Source of the DNA: Candidatus Woesebacteria bacterium GW2011_GWB1_33_22
Lineage (GTDB): Bacteria; Patescibacteriota; Microgenomatia; UBA8517
Assembly (NCBI GenBank): GCA_000989765.1
Contig: LBOW01000011.1
Span: forward strand, 1-54,830
Direction of reading: 5' to 3'
DNA: 54,830 nt
Shown here: piece by piece, positions 36,235-45,702 of the stretch
Position numbering within the stretch: the first letter of the stretch is position 1
Layout: every line of letters starts with the position of its first letter
Notes under the pieces: model-generated
Seen by the model: the letters and a program-made list of their open reading frames with translations, nothing else
The model's database searches: none
What the model was told of the DNA's origin: nothing
Made by a program: the position numbers and the translations under genes

Positions 36235-36568
36235 ATAGTCTCCATAGTTTTAATATATCTTCGCAAGTAATCACTACGGCTTTATTTTTTAGCTTCTTTC
36301 TATGTATACTCCAGCATAACTTATGAGCAGCTGACAATTTACCAATTCTAGTAAAACTGATTTCTGGTTTATTTTTAATATTAGAGGTTGCAAACAGCTT
36401 ACTTATGGTTTCTTTTATAAATTTATCTTTGTTTGAATATTCTTCATCAATATCAACTTTAGATAAGTTTTTACCGAATTTAATGAGTAATATAAAAATC
36501 AAGGTAGAAAAAACAACAAGAACCAAATCTGACCGAGAAACTATACTTTTTCTTAAAAATTTAACCAA
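36233..36568 (-). CDS. Hypothetical single-pass membrane protein
   Basis: ORF only, 111 aa, one TM. Confidence 0.35.
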   Translation of the reverse strand: MVKFLRKSIVSRSDLVLVVFSTLIFILLIKFGKNLSKVDIDEEYSNKDKFIKETISKLFATSNIKNKPEISFTRIGKLSAAHKLCWSIHRKKLKNKAVVITCEDILKLWRL

Positions 36569-36756
36569 TTTAATCTTTTCAGAAACAGATACATAAACTG
36601 ATCCAGATAAATGATTACCTCAAATTAGGGAAGCTATACAGAAACATCATGACTTTTATTTAAACTTAAAACCTGAAGAAATTAAAGAAGGTGATAAGGC
36701 TCATGTCGCATTGGCCAAACAAAGAGAAGCCGACGGTGACGTTAATCCCTTAGAAT

Positions 36757-38307
36757 CTAGTCCCCAGTCCTAACTCTATACTGTAAAGCCTCGGCAACGT
36801 GATTGGGAAGAATTTTTTTAGATTCTGATAAATCGGCAATCGTTTGACTTACTTTTATAAGTCTAAAATAAGTTCTGGCTGATAAATTGTAGGTATTGAC
36901 CGCTTGTTTTAATAACAATAAAGCCTCAGGAGTTATGTCCACAAACTCTTTAATATGTTTATTTTTCATATTTGCATTTGTATAAACCGATAAATTTTTA
37001 AATCTTTTATTTTGTATTTCTCTTGCTTTTATAACCTGCTCTCTAATTTTTTTAGAATTCGCGACAGTGCCCCGCGAAGCTTCATGCGAAGTGGGGTTCG
37101 CCATCAACTTATTAATATCAACAGCTGGTACATTTATATGTAAGTCAATTCTATCCATCAAAGGCCCTGATAATTTACTTTGATATTTCATAATCATTCT
37201 TGGGCTGCATTTGCAATCTTTTTTAGGATCTCCCAAATATCCACAAGGGCAAGGATTGGCAGCCGCTATTAACATAAAACTTGCGGGGAAATTAACCGAT
37301 CCTGCAATTCTGGTTATTGACACCTCCCCATCCTCCATTGGTTGCCTTAAAGCTTCAAGTGTGCTTCTTGAAAACTCGGGGAATTCGTCCAAAAATAATA
37401 CTCCGTTATGGGCAAGGGAAATTTCTCCTGGGTGAGGATTTGTTCCTCCGCCAATCAAGCCAATTCTACTGGTTGTGTGGTGCGCAGTTCTAAAGGGCCT
37501 TATACTAATCAGTCCTTCTCCGGCTGGAATTAAACCGGCAAGAGAATAAATTTTAGTAACTTCCAAGGCCTCTTCCTCATTTAATGGCGGTAGGATTCCG
37601 GCTGATGCGCGAGCCAACATTGTCTTTCCTGCACCTGGCGAACCCATCATAAAAATGTTGTGACCTCCGGCTGCAGCGATAGTCATGGCTCTTTTTGCAG
37701 ATTCCTGTCCAATAATTTCAGCAAAATCAAATTCAATATTTTCGTGAACAGAGGACTGTGAACTGTGTACCGTGTGTTTTAACTGATCAATTTTTTTAAC
37801 CCCATTTAAATGACCAACAAGTTCGAGTAAAGATTTAACAGGATAGACATTAATTCCAGCTAAAACAGCAGCCTCATTGGCAGAGTCAAACGGTACAAAC
37901 AAATTCTTGATCTTTAATGCTTTTGCTGCAAGACCTAAAAGAAAAACACCTTTGGTGTGGCGAAGTCCACCATCAAGTGAAAGTTCACCGTAAAAAAAAG
38001 ATTTTTCTTGCGGAAGTTTTACCTCACCTAACGATGCAAGTATCCCAATTGCTATCGGCAAATCATAAAGGGAGCCTTCTTTGGGGATATCGGCAGGAGC
38101 CAAGTTAACTACAATTTTTATATTGGGAAGTTCTATATTAGAATTAATTAAAGCTGTTTTAACCCTTTCCTTTGCTTCTTCAATTGATTTATTGGGAAGG
38201 CCTATGATATTAAAACCCGGAAAGCCTTTTTTAAAAACATTAACCTCAACCTCAATAAGGTTTGGCTCCAAACCAAAATGACTGGCAGAAAGTATTTTAG
38301 TAAGCAC
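36757..38307 (-). CDS. comM: YifB/ComM-family Mg-chelatase-like AAA+ ATPase
   Basis: Lon-like N-terminal domain, Walker A GSPGAGKT, VLFLDEFPEF, and a CPCGY...C.C cysteine cluster. Confidence 0.9.
   Translation of the reverse strand: MLTKILSASHFGLEPNLIEVEVNVFKKGFPGFNIIGLPNKSIEEAKERVKTALINSNIELPNIKIVVNLAPADIPKEGSLYDLPIAIGILASLGEVKLPQEKSFFYGELSLDGGLRHTKGVFLLGLAAKALKIKNLFVPFDSANEAAVLAGINVYPVKSLLELVGHLNGVKKIDQLKHTVHSSQSSVHENIEFDFAEIIGQESAKRAMTIAAAGGHNIFMMGSPGAGKTMLARASAGILPPLNEEEALEVTKIYSLAGLIPAGEGLISIRPFRTAHHTTSRIGLIGGGTNPHPGEISLAHNGVLFLDEFPEFSRSTLEALRQPMEDGEVSITRIAGSVNFPASFMLIAAANPCPCGYLGDPKKDCKCSPRMIMKYQSKLSGPLMDRIDLHINVPAVDINKLMANPTSHEASRGTVANSKKIREQVIKAREIQNKRFKNLSVYTNANMKNKHIKEFVDITPEALLLLKQAVNTYNLSARTYFRLIKVSQTIADLSESKKILPNHVAEALQYRVRTGD
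37069..37098. repeat. GC-rich mini-element, copy 2 (partner 9452..9480)
   Basis: gccccgcgaagcttcatgcgaagtggggtt. Encodes NPTSHEASRG inside ComM. Confidence 0.85.
37744..37778. repeat. Degenerate heptamer array (GTGAACW type) in comM
   Basis: gtgaaca gaggact gtgaact gtgtacc gtgtgtt. Encodes HTVHSSQSSVH. Confidence 0.8.
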
Positions 38308-38319
38308 TAATAAATGATA

Positions 38320-38718
38320 TCAGATTATTTTGGGTTCTAGACGATTAATATTTGATATACAATCTAATCCTTGATCATAAGAATATATACCTTTATATTT
38401 CCCATGTAATTTTAGCGCCCCAAAGTATGAATCTATCCAACTAACATTTTTGTCAAAATAAATATCCAACGCTTTTAATATTAAATCTTTGTTACACTTC
38501 ACTGATGGAAGTGAAATAATTATTTTTATTTTATCAATTATCATTTCCTTATCAAGTTTATATACTGATTTTAATACCCAAATTGTTTCTGATATTAAAA
38601 CATCAGACAAATAAACTGATGGTGTTGCCGATTTTAATAATTTATAAACCGCTGAAGATTTTTTAGCATCATCATTTGTCAAAAATCTAATTAGTAAATT
38701 TGTGTCTAATAGATACAT
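38320..38718 (-). CDS. vapC: PIN-domain toxin (VapC-like)
   Basis: MYLLDTNLLIRFL N-terminus; 132 aa; follows an AbrB-type antitoxin gene. Confidence 0.75.
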   Translation of the reverse strand: MYLLDTNLLIRFLTNDDAKKSSAVYKLLKSATPSVYLSDVLISETIWVLKSVYKLDKEMIIDKIKIIISLPSVKCNKDLILKALDIYFDKNVSWIDSYFGALKLHGKYKGIYSYDQGLDCISNINRLEPKII

Positions 38719-38719
38719 T

Positions 38720-38992
38720 TTACTGATTCATATTTATTACTCGCTCTAAATATTCTAAGACGGCTTGTTTCTCAGCTGTATCAGACTCTAACTTAATTAA
38801 TTTTTGCAATGGAATATTCTTATTTTGTTTAACTGAGCCTCTAAGTGAAATTAAATCGGAAACTGGTTTTAATTTTAGATAGTCACCATCAGAAAAAAAG
38901 GCAATTTTTGTGCCTATGGCGAGCTGATGTCGAATCCTAGCTTCAATTGGGATTGTTACCTGTCCCTTGGTAGTCAATGTCATTAATTGCAT
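38720..38992 (-). CDS. vapB: AbrB/MazE/SpoVT-type antitoxin (VapB-like)
   Basis: TLTTKGQVTIPIEARIRHQL is a swapped-hairpin motif. Confidence 0.7.
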   Translation of the reverse strand: MQLMTLTTKGQVTIPIEARIRHQLAIGTKIAFFSDGDYLKLKPVSDLISLRGSVKQNKNIPLQKLIKLESDTAEKQAVLEYLERVINMNQ

Positions 38993-38993
38993 A

Positions 38994-39040
38994 GTAATAC
39001 TACTATAGTGTAAGTAATACCTACTGTCAAGTGGTATTAC
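38994..39040 (-). promoter_or_regulatory. TA promoter with three GTAATAC/GTATTAC boxes
   Basis: Minus strand TTGACA-17 nt-TATAGT, 9 nt from the ATG. Boxes at 38994, 39014 and 39034. Confidence 0.55.
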
Positions 39041-39073
39041 CGTCTATAAAACTTCAAGATGTATAATTACTGT

Positions 39074-39352
39074 ATGACAAGAATCGAAAAGAAAACATGG
39101 CCTGAGTTATTTAATAAAATTCTTTCTGGAGAAAAAACATTTGATGTTAGAATTGCCGATTTTAAAATTAAAGTGAAAGATGTTTTAGTTCTACGCGAAT
39201 ATGATCCAGTCAAGAAAAGCTACACAGGGAGAAAAATCGAGAAAAAAATTACTTTCGTTTTAAATTCAAAAGATCAAAAATTTTGGCCCAAAAAAGATAT
39301 TAATAAATTTGGATTAGCAATCATGGGATTTAAGTCACTTCAAAAAATTTGA
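39074..39352 (+). CDS. DUF3850/ASCH-like small protein
   Basis: KTWPELFNKILSGEKTFDVRIAD ... VLVLREYDP ... YTGR pattern. The alternative start is 39059. Confidence 0.55.
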   Translation: MTRIEKKTWPELFNKILSGEKTFDVRIADFKIKVKDVLVLREYDPVKKSYTGRKIEKKITFVLNSKDQKFWPKKDINKFGLAIMGFKSLQKI

Positions 39353-42166
39353 CTATTGAGTAGTAGTAGGATGGCAAAACATTGAGTATTCGCATTTTCC
39401 CTGACAGAAGAAGTTGTTATTACATTTGAAATCACTTTCTTCAATTTCTTTTTTAATTTCAAATATTTCTTTTTTAACGCTGTCAAGCGCTTTTCTTGTT
39501 CGTTTGGTTGTTATTTTTTCCTGAGTATCTAAATAGTAAAGTGATAGTTTAATGTCTTCAGGTTTTACTTTGTATAAATTTGAAATGGCCAGGCAATAAA
39601 AAGAAAGTTGCATATCTTTATCAACTTCTTTTTGTGTTGGGATATTAGCTCCTGTTTTGTAGTCAATTATTTCTAATCTTCCGTTTCCAAGATCATCTAG
39701 CCTATCGATAACTCCCCCAATCTTTAAAGTCTTATCGACTGGGATCGTAAACTTTTGTTCAAGAGATACAGTTTTTATTTTTGGGTCGTAAGCATTTTTC
39801 AAAAAACCCAATAAATAACTTTCTCCTTTTTTATAAAATTCCAGTTTATGCTTTTTATTAATATATCCCTCAGCAATAAAATTATTCTTGTATATCTCAA
39901 ATATATCTTTCTTCGTCTCGAAATAATCTTTTAAAGTATTATGAATTGACACTCCAAAGGAGATAGAGGCAGACGGTGGGGTAGGAAGTTTATAAATATA
40001 TTTTAATTTATAGTGCATTGGACAAGTTTTGAATGTTTCGATTTGAGAAACTGACAAATAGTCAATTTTTAGTGATTGGTGATTAGTGACTGGTGACTCG
40101 TGTTTTGGAATTTGTAAATTAAAAATTGATTGAAAATTGTTAATTGGTAATTGCAAATTAGGAAGCTTTTCTAAAGCTTCTAACACAAACGTTGATATTT
40201 TCTTTTTTCTCTTTCCATCTCCGTAAAAATCAGCTGCAGTAAAATAAAGTCTTTCTTTTGCTCTGGTCATGCCAACATAGAAAAGTCTTCTTTCTTCCTG
40301 TAAATGAAAATCTCCTGTTGGTAGTGTTTCTTTAATCAGGTCGTCAGGTATTGGAATCTGTTCGCGCCGTTCTCGTGATGGAAATCTTTCACTTACTAAA
40401 TTGACCAAGAATACAACTGGAAATTCTAAACCTTTGGAGCTATGAACTGTTAAAATATTAATGGTATTATTTTCCTGCCAATCGCCATCAGTAACATTTG
40501 GCGACTCGCCTACTTCTGTTAGTAGATCTATATAGTCTACCAATGCAAAAACGCTTAAATCTTTATTTGATTCTTCAAAAGATTTTATCTTTTCAAAAAA
40601 TTTGGCAATATTTTTTGCTTTGACATCTTCACTATTTTCCAAGATTTTTTGATAAATTCCCACTTCACTTATATAGTCGTATAAAATTTGTCCCGCCGTT
40701 TCTTTGTTTATTAACTTAAAGTGTCTGTCGATTATTTTTAGTAATTTAACAACTTTCTTGTCGTCACTTTCCATAATTACCTCAAAAATAGATGAACTGC
40801 TTCTTTTTGCTTTAGTCGCAATTTTTATAAGTTCTAGGCTCGAGATATTAAATATACTTGATGACAATAACCTATACAAACTAGCCGAATCTTCTGGATT
40901 ATATAATACTTTCAGATAACAAATTAGATCAATTATTTCTTCTTTTTCAAAAAGTTTTGATGGGCCTAAAAACTGATGCGGAATACCTTGTCTTTCAAAT
41001 TCCCTTATAAAAGCGTCAGTATGGTTGTTGGCTCTTACCAATATCGCAATATCACTATAATTATATTTGTCTTTACTGATTAATTGGGTTACTAAATTAC
41101 AGATTTTTTCTGCTTCCTCTTGTCCTGATTTTGTATGTATAAACTTGATATCTGTTAACTGTTTACTATTTACCGCCTTAAGTTTTTTAGATATTCCCAA
41201 CCGGTACTCTAAAGTATCTGGGTCATTATGTTTAATTAACTTATAAGCGCCATCAAGAATTGTTTGAGTTGATCTGTAGTTTTGATTCAAGGTAATAATT
41301 TTAACTTTAGGATACGTCTTTTTGAATTGGATAATATTACTTATGGCAGCTCCCCTAAATTTATAGATTGATTGGTTATCGTCCCCTACAACTGAGATAT
41401 TTCCATATTTTCGAGCAAGTAAGTTAATCAATTCGTTTTGTCCATAGTTGGTGTCTTGAAATTCATCGACAAGAATATATTTAAACTTTTGCTCATAAAT
41501 TTTTAAAATATTGGGGCGTTTATTAAATAATTCTAAAGTCTTTGTTATCAAATCTCCAAAATCAAATTTGCCTTCTTTTATTTTTAAGTAATCATATGTT
41601 TTATAAGCACTTGCCAGTTCTTTAATTTTTGTTATCTCTAGTGTTTCTTCATTTGTATATTTTTTTGCATATTTCAAATATTCTTCTGGTCTTACTACCT
41701 CATCCTGAAGTCTACTAAAATGCTGTAACATTCCCTCAATAAACTTATTAGGGTTTCCAAGTGGTCTAAAATAATCAAGCTTAAAATCAAACAGGTTTTT
41801 CTTTATTAGGTCAATACTTTCAGCAGTTGTCATTAATTTAAAGTTGGAAGGCAAACCAATATGGATTGCATTATCACGAAGCACGCGATCGCAAAAGGCA
41901 TGAAAGGTAGAAATCCACATTTCACCATAACCTAAGGGCATTGCCATATCCACCCTCTCCTCCATTTCGGCTGCCGCCTTTTCAGTAAAAGTTAAAGCTA
42001 AAATTTCTTCAGGTAAAACTCGCTCTTTTGTTATTAAATATTTAATTCTTTCAGTTATTACAGTAGTTTTTCCTGTCCCCGCCCCGGCGATTATTAAAAG
42101 CGGGCCTTTGTCGTGTTTTACGGCCTGCAACTGTTCCTTGTTTAGTTTTTTTGGAGTACCTTTCAC
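39353..42166 (-). CDS. UvrD-type helicase fused to a Cas4/AddB-like PD-(D/E)XK nuclease with a Cys cluster
   Basis: AGAGTGKT, DEFQDTN, QNYRS and VGMTRAK, then CPMHYKLKY ... IDRLD ... IIDYKTG ... C-x5-C-x3-C-x6-C at the C-terminus. Confidence 0.85.
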   Translation of the reverse strand: MKGTPKKLNKEQLQAVKHDKGPLLIIAGAGTGKTTVITERIKYLITKERVLPEEILALTFTEKAAAEMEERVDMAMPLGYGEMWISTFHAFCDRVLRDNAIHIGLPSNFKLMTTAESIDLIKKNLFDFKLDYFRPLGNPNKFIEGMLQHFSRLQDEVVRPEEYLKYAKKYTNEETLEITKIKELASAYKTYDYLKIKEGKFDFGDLITKTLELFNKRPNILKIYEQKFKYILVDEFQDTNYGQNELINLLARKYGNISVVGDDNQSIYKFRGAAISNIIQFKKTYPKVKIITLNQNYRSTQTILDGAYKLIKHNDPDTLEYRLGISKKLKAVNSKQLTDIKFIHTKSGQEEAEKICNLVTQLISKDKYNYSDIAILVRANNHTDAFIREFERQGIPHQFLGPSKLFEKEEIIDLICYLKVLYNPEDSASLYRLLSSSIFNISSLELIKIATKAKRSSSSIFEVIMESDDKKVVKLLKIIDRHFKLINKETAGQILYDYISEVGIYQKILENSEDVKAKNIAKFFEKIKSFEESNKDLSVFALVDYIDLLTEVGESPNVTDGDWQENNTINILTVHSSKGLEFPVVFLVNLVSERFPSRERREQIPIPDDLIKETLPTGDFHLQEERRLFYVGMTRAKERLYFTAADFYGDGKRKKKISTFVLEALEKLPNLQLPINNFQSIFNLQIPKHESPVTNHQSLKIDYLSVSQIETFKTCPMHYKLKYIYKLPTPPSASISFGVSIHNTLKDYFETKKDIFEIYKNNFIAEGYINKKHKLEFYKKGESYLLGFLKNAYDPKIKTVSLEQKFTIPVDKTLKIGGVIDRLDDLGNGRLEIIDYKTGANIPTQKEVDKDMQLSFYCLAISNLYKVKPEDIKLSLYYLDTQEKITTKRTRKALDSVKKEIFEIKKEIEESDFKCNNNFFCQGKCEYSMFCHPTTTQ
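40071..40160. repeat. Long composite period-7 array (GTGAYT type, then CAATTW type)
   Basis: agtgatt ggtgatt agtgact ggtgact cgtgttt ... taattgg taattgc aaattag. Encodes LQLPINNFQSIFNLQIPKHESPVTNHQSL. Confidence 0.8.
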
Positions 42167-42179
42167 ATTTCAGATTGTA

Positions 42180-42476
42180 TCACGAAGCAAAAGCAAATTT
42201 ATTCTTTTTGTCAGCTTCTAAAGCTCCACTTATATAAATCTTAAGAAGTGATTGGTATGGCACATCTATTTTGTTGGCTTGTATTTTTACATCATCCAAC
42301 ATCCCCGCTGGTACACGTAAGGAAATTGTTTCCGTTGAAAACTTCAGATTTGGAAACTTAACATGTCTAGCTTTGGACCAATCAAAATATAACGAGGTGT
42401 CTGCTGTATCCCAAAAGGCTCTTTCTGCATCCTCGTTTTTAAATTTAGGAATTGGTAATATTTTTTTGTTTTTCAT
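42180..42476 (-). CDS. brnA: BrnA/CopG-type antitoxin
   Basis: ERAFWDTADTSLYFDW motif and a C-terminal RHH-like ISLRVPAGMLDDVKIQANKIDVPYQSLLK. Confidence 0.7.
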   Translation of the reverse strand: MKNKKILPIPKFKNEDAERAFWDTADTSLYFDWSKARHVKFPNLKFSTETISLRVPAGMLDDVKIQANKIDVPYQSLLKIYISGALEADKKNKFAFAS

Positions 42477-42765
42477 TTTCGTATTTAATTCTTTCTTTTT
42501 TATTCATTAACCTTGCCGAAATTATTCGTATTTTTGTTTTTCTTATTGTAAATGTAATCGATAATTTGTTGTTTACTTTGCTTGCACCTAGTATCTGGTA
42601 TCTTTTCTCAACTTGAGAATGCTTCACATCCTCAAAAATAGATGAATAATCATCATCAAATACTTCTTCTGATTCTTTATAAATTATATTATGTTTAAGC
42701 CAACTCTTCTCTTTGTTCCATTTATCCCATTCAAAACCATCAACATTCTTAAATAAATCATCCAT
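42445..42765 (-). CDS. brnT: BrnT (DUF497) toxin
   Basis: FEWDKWNKEKSWLKHNI ... ISARLMNKKERIKY is typical of DUF497. Confidence 0.75.
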   Translation of the reverse strand: MDDLFKNVDGFEWDKWNKEKSWLKHNIIYKESEEVFDDDYSSIFEDVKHSQVEKRYQILGASKVNNKLSITFTIRKTKIRIISARLMNKKERIKYENEKQKNITNS

Positions 42766-42792
42766 TCCATTTGTATATCTCTATAATATACA

Positions 42793-43527
42793 TTATTTCT
42801 TTTTTGTCAAGTACTGTTTTCGTAAATTGGGCTCAAATCTCTCAATTGCATATCTTAAAGCCGTTCTCGGCATAGTAGATGCGTGTATATCAAGAAATTT
42901 AATTTCATCTTTGATAGATACTCTTTTACCTACCTCACGAAGTGCCCAGCCAACAGCTTTATGGATTAAATCGTAAGGATCATTAACCAAAATTTCTGCA
43001 ATTTGCAAAGTTTCTCTCGATAATCCTTTATCGATAAAGGCAAATGTAGAAATCGTGGCAATTCTTCTTTCCCAAAGATTTTTTGATTTTACTAAATGCG
43101 TTAAGAGGGTCGGAACCTCTGATATCTTCTCTTTCAGGTTCCGACCCTGTAAGAATAGATAATCGCCCACTATTTTATGTGCAGATAAATCCACCAAATC
43201 CCAGTTATTTATATGTTTTGTGTTTTTTAAGTAAAACTTAAAAATATTTTCTTTTGTGTTTATATCTCCTTTTTGATACTGATAAACTAAAATCAAAAGA
43301 GCAATTAATCTTTCTTCATGAACTTTAGATTTAATTAATTTTTGTACTTCAAGAAGAGTTAAATCTTTATATTTCTTCGTTAGTTGATGACAAACAGGAA
43401 CTGTTAATCCGTAAAATTTATCCCCCTCACCATATTCTCCTTTTCCAGTCTTAAAAAACCTCTGCAAGTTTTTTGCTCGCTCTGTATTTCTTAATTTCCT
43501 AGTTTCCCTCTGAAGCTCTTCAATCAT
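42793..43527 (-). CDS. DNA alkylation repair protein (AlkD-like HEAT-repeat family)
   Basis: RAKNLQRFFKTGKGEYGEGDKFYGL ... HEERL ... NNWDLVD. Confidence 0.7.
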   Translation of the reverse strand: MIEELQRETRKLRNTERAKNLQRFFKTGKGEYGEGDKFYGLTVPVCHQLTKKYKDLTLLEVQKLIKSKVHEERLIALLILVYQYQKGDINTKENIFKFYLKNTKHINNWDLVDLSAHKIVGDYLFLQGRNLKEKISEVPTLLTHLVKSKNLWERRIATISTFAFIDKGLSRETLQIAEILVNDPYDLIHKAVGWALREVGKRVSIKDEIKFLDIHASTMPRTALRYAIERFEPNLRKQYLTKKK

Positions 43528-44099
43528 TTTTCTACTCTAAACATTTTCCCATGACCAGGAATTATAAAGTCTGCAATTTTTAAAACCTCTTTTCTAGTTT
43601 CTACCAAGGTTTTCATATCAGAAGCGAAATCGTCATTTTTTTCAACATCAATTTCTTGTTCTTCATTTTCTTTCCACCAAAAAATATCAGCCCCAACTAA
43701 CACCCTTCCTTTTTTAGTTTCAACTAATAAAGATGAGTGATCTGGAGAATGACCTGGAGTTTTAATGATTTTAATATCAGTTTCGGGAATTTCATTACCC
43801 ATATCTCCACCAATTGGCCCCTTTTGATATTGGATAGAGTCCATAACAACTGCGTTTTCAAAAACCCCCATTAATAAACAATGGTCTGGATGATAGTGGG
43901 TAATAAAAACAACATCTATATCACCAGTTGTAAGTTTTTCATTTAAAAGAGAATTTAGAAGAAGTTTTCTGTTACAACCAGGGTCTACAATTATTTTTTT
44001 AGAACCAGTATCAATTAGTGTTATTGACGAACTCGCGTCCCATGTACCATCAGCATTTACTTTTGCATATCCCTCAACTAAAACTTTCACCTTATTCAT
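43524..44099 (-). CDS. MBL-fold metallo-hydrolase
   Basis: THYHPDH (HxHxDH); 191 aa. Confidence 0.75.
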   Translation of the reverse strand: MNKVKVLVEGYAKVNADGTWDASSSITLIDTGSKKIIVDPGCNRKLLLNSLLNEKLTTGDIDVVFITHYHPDHCLLMGVFENAVVMDSIQYQKGPIGGDMGNEIPETDIKIIKTPGHSPDHSSLLVETKKGRVLVGADIFWWKENEEQEIDVEKNDDFASDMKTLVETRKEVLKIADFIIPGHGKMFRVEK

Positions 44100-44437
44100 T
44101 TTTCCTCCCCCATTTCAATTTCCACTTTTATCCAATCAAAATAGGCTTTGTTAACTTTATAAGTTGGAATGGCAATAATACACGGAACTTCATATGGATG
44201 AATTTTATAAATTTCTTTTTCTAAATCTTCAAACTTTGACTTTAAGGTTTTAATAATCATTACAACTTCCTTCGATTCGTCGATAATGTTTTGTTTTGGT
44301 GGCCACCAAAACAATGGATAGAGTTGAGGTAAAACATTCACGCAAGCACATGTTCTTGTTTTAAGTAATTTTCTACCAGCCTCTTTTGCTTGTTTTGCAT
44401 TTTCCCAAGTTGTGTAAACCAAAATTAATTCATCCAT
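44096..44437 (-). CDS. cutA: CutA-family divalent-cation tolerance protein
   Basis: 113 aa. VYTTWENAKQAKEAGRKLL ... CACVNVLP ... FWW pattern. Confidence 0.7.
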   Translation of the reverse strand: MDELILVYTTWENAKQAKEAGRKLLKTRTCACVNVLPQLYPLFWWPPKQNIIDESKEVVMIIKTLKSKFEDLEKEIYKIHPYEVPCIIAIPTYKVNKAYFDWIKVEIEMGEEK

Positions 44438-44693
44438 AAATTTTTATCTTTGGAGATAAATTCCAAAATTTGTTTTTGTTTTGGAGTGAGTAGGTTTTGC
44501 CCCATACTAAGTATTCTATCATTCTTGCCCTATTAGGGTCTAATTCACTTTTTAAAAATTCCCAATTATCTTTAATCTCGACTAATTTTAGCCTTTTACC
44601 GTTTAGGCCATAATTAATTTTTTGGGATAACTCCCAAATATTTTTAGAGAGTCTTGTTTTAAATTGTGTAGTATCAGTATTCCAGTTTTTCAT
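44430..44693 (-). CDS. Hypothetical protein (87 aa)
   Basis: ORF only; overlaps cutA by 8 nt. Confidence 0.35.
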   Translation of the reverse strand: MKNWNTDTTQFKTRLSKNIWELSQKINYGLNGKRLKLVEIKDNWEFLKSELDPNRARMIEYLVWGKTYSLQNKNKFWNLSPKIKIYG

Positions 44694-44721
44694 ATCTAAT
44701 TATAACACGAAGTGTTGAATC

Positions 44722-45702
44722 TCATACCAGTTTTTTGTCTTCTTTGATGTCTAAATTTTGAGTATTATCAATTTTATTCCCCAAGTTGGTAAATGAAGAA
44801 AAAACATTGCTCATCATGTTTGTAGCATTAACTAAATGTTTTTGGAGTGTGGAGAGGTTTTCCTCAACTTTTCCATAATCTTTTTTAATTGCTCGAAGAG
44901 ATGAAAGTATAACTTGAGCCTGTTTTTCAATTTTTTGACCTTCAAAACTCATTAAAATTGCTTTGATGTAAGCATAAAAAGTAGTTGGAGAAACCGGAAG
45001 TATTCTCTTGCTCTGAGCGAAGTCGAAGAGTGTTTGATTGTTAACTATTTCATAGTAAACCGCTTCAGACGGAATATACATTAATGCATAATCCAATGTT
45101 CCCTCATCGGTTAATATGTATTTTCTTGATATATCGTCTATGTGTTTTCGCACATCTGATTCAAAAACCTTTTTATAAACTGGGTCTGTTTGCATTTTTC
45201 TAAAGTTTTCTAATGGGAACTTTGAATCAACCGGAATTATCCCAGCTGAGGTCATAATAGCCGCGTCAACCTTTTCCCCTGATTTAAAGGTGTACTGAAG
45301 GTTAAATGATTCATTTGGTAAAAATTGCTTTAAGAGTTCCTTTAAAACTTGCTCCCCTATGTTTCCTCTAAGTTTTGGGGAGGCTAGAAATTGATTAAAC
45401 TCTGCAATGTTTTTTTGTAGATCGGAAACTACTCTTGAAGCATTATCTAATCTATCACCAATTGCACTATTTTGACTATCAATCCTAGTATTTGTGGTTT
45501 TTAAATATTCTAAAAGCTCAGGGGAAGATCTTTGACTTTTTAAAATAAGCATTCCAACCAAAAAAATTAGAACTATAATTAGAGTAATGACAACAAAGTC
45601 CATGCAAAGACATAATATCATATTGAGGCGTAAGAATTTTCTACCTTCTTTAATTGTAATTACTCTTTTATGGTCAACTTTGGGATTTTTGGTATATTTC
45701 AC
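44722..45702 (-). CDS. rmuC: DNA recombination protein RmuC (true start possibly 45603)
   Basis: N-terminal TM, coiled coil, and RGNIGEQVLKELL ... DAAI ... PVDSKFPLENF. Confidence 0.8.
   Translation of the reverse strand: MKYTKNPKVDHKRVITIKEGRKFLRLNMILCLCMDFVVITLIIVLIFLVGMLILKSQRSSPELLEYLKTTNTRIDSQNSAIGDRLDNASRVVSDLQKNIAEFNQFLASPKLRGNIGEQVLKELLKQFLPNESFNLQYTFKSGEKVDAAIMTSAGIIPVDSKFPLENFRKMQTDPVYKKVFESDVRKHIDDISRKYILTDEGTLDYALMYIPSEAVYYEIVNNQTLFDFAQSKRILPVSPTTFYAYIKAILMSFEGQKIEKQAQVILSSLRAIKKDYGKVEENLSTLQKHLVNATNMMSNVFSSFTNLGNKIDNTQNLDIKEDKKLV

Noticed and set aside
36569-36756. Start-less reading frame (..IREAIQKHHDFYLNLKPEEIKEGDKAHVALAKQREADGDVNPLE..) upstream of and overlapping the comM 3' end; a similar start-less frame lies at about 21455..21650
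   Set aside because: Neither has a start codon or a recognisable motif. They could be gene remnants, but I cannot support a call.
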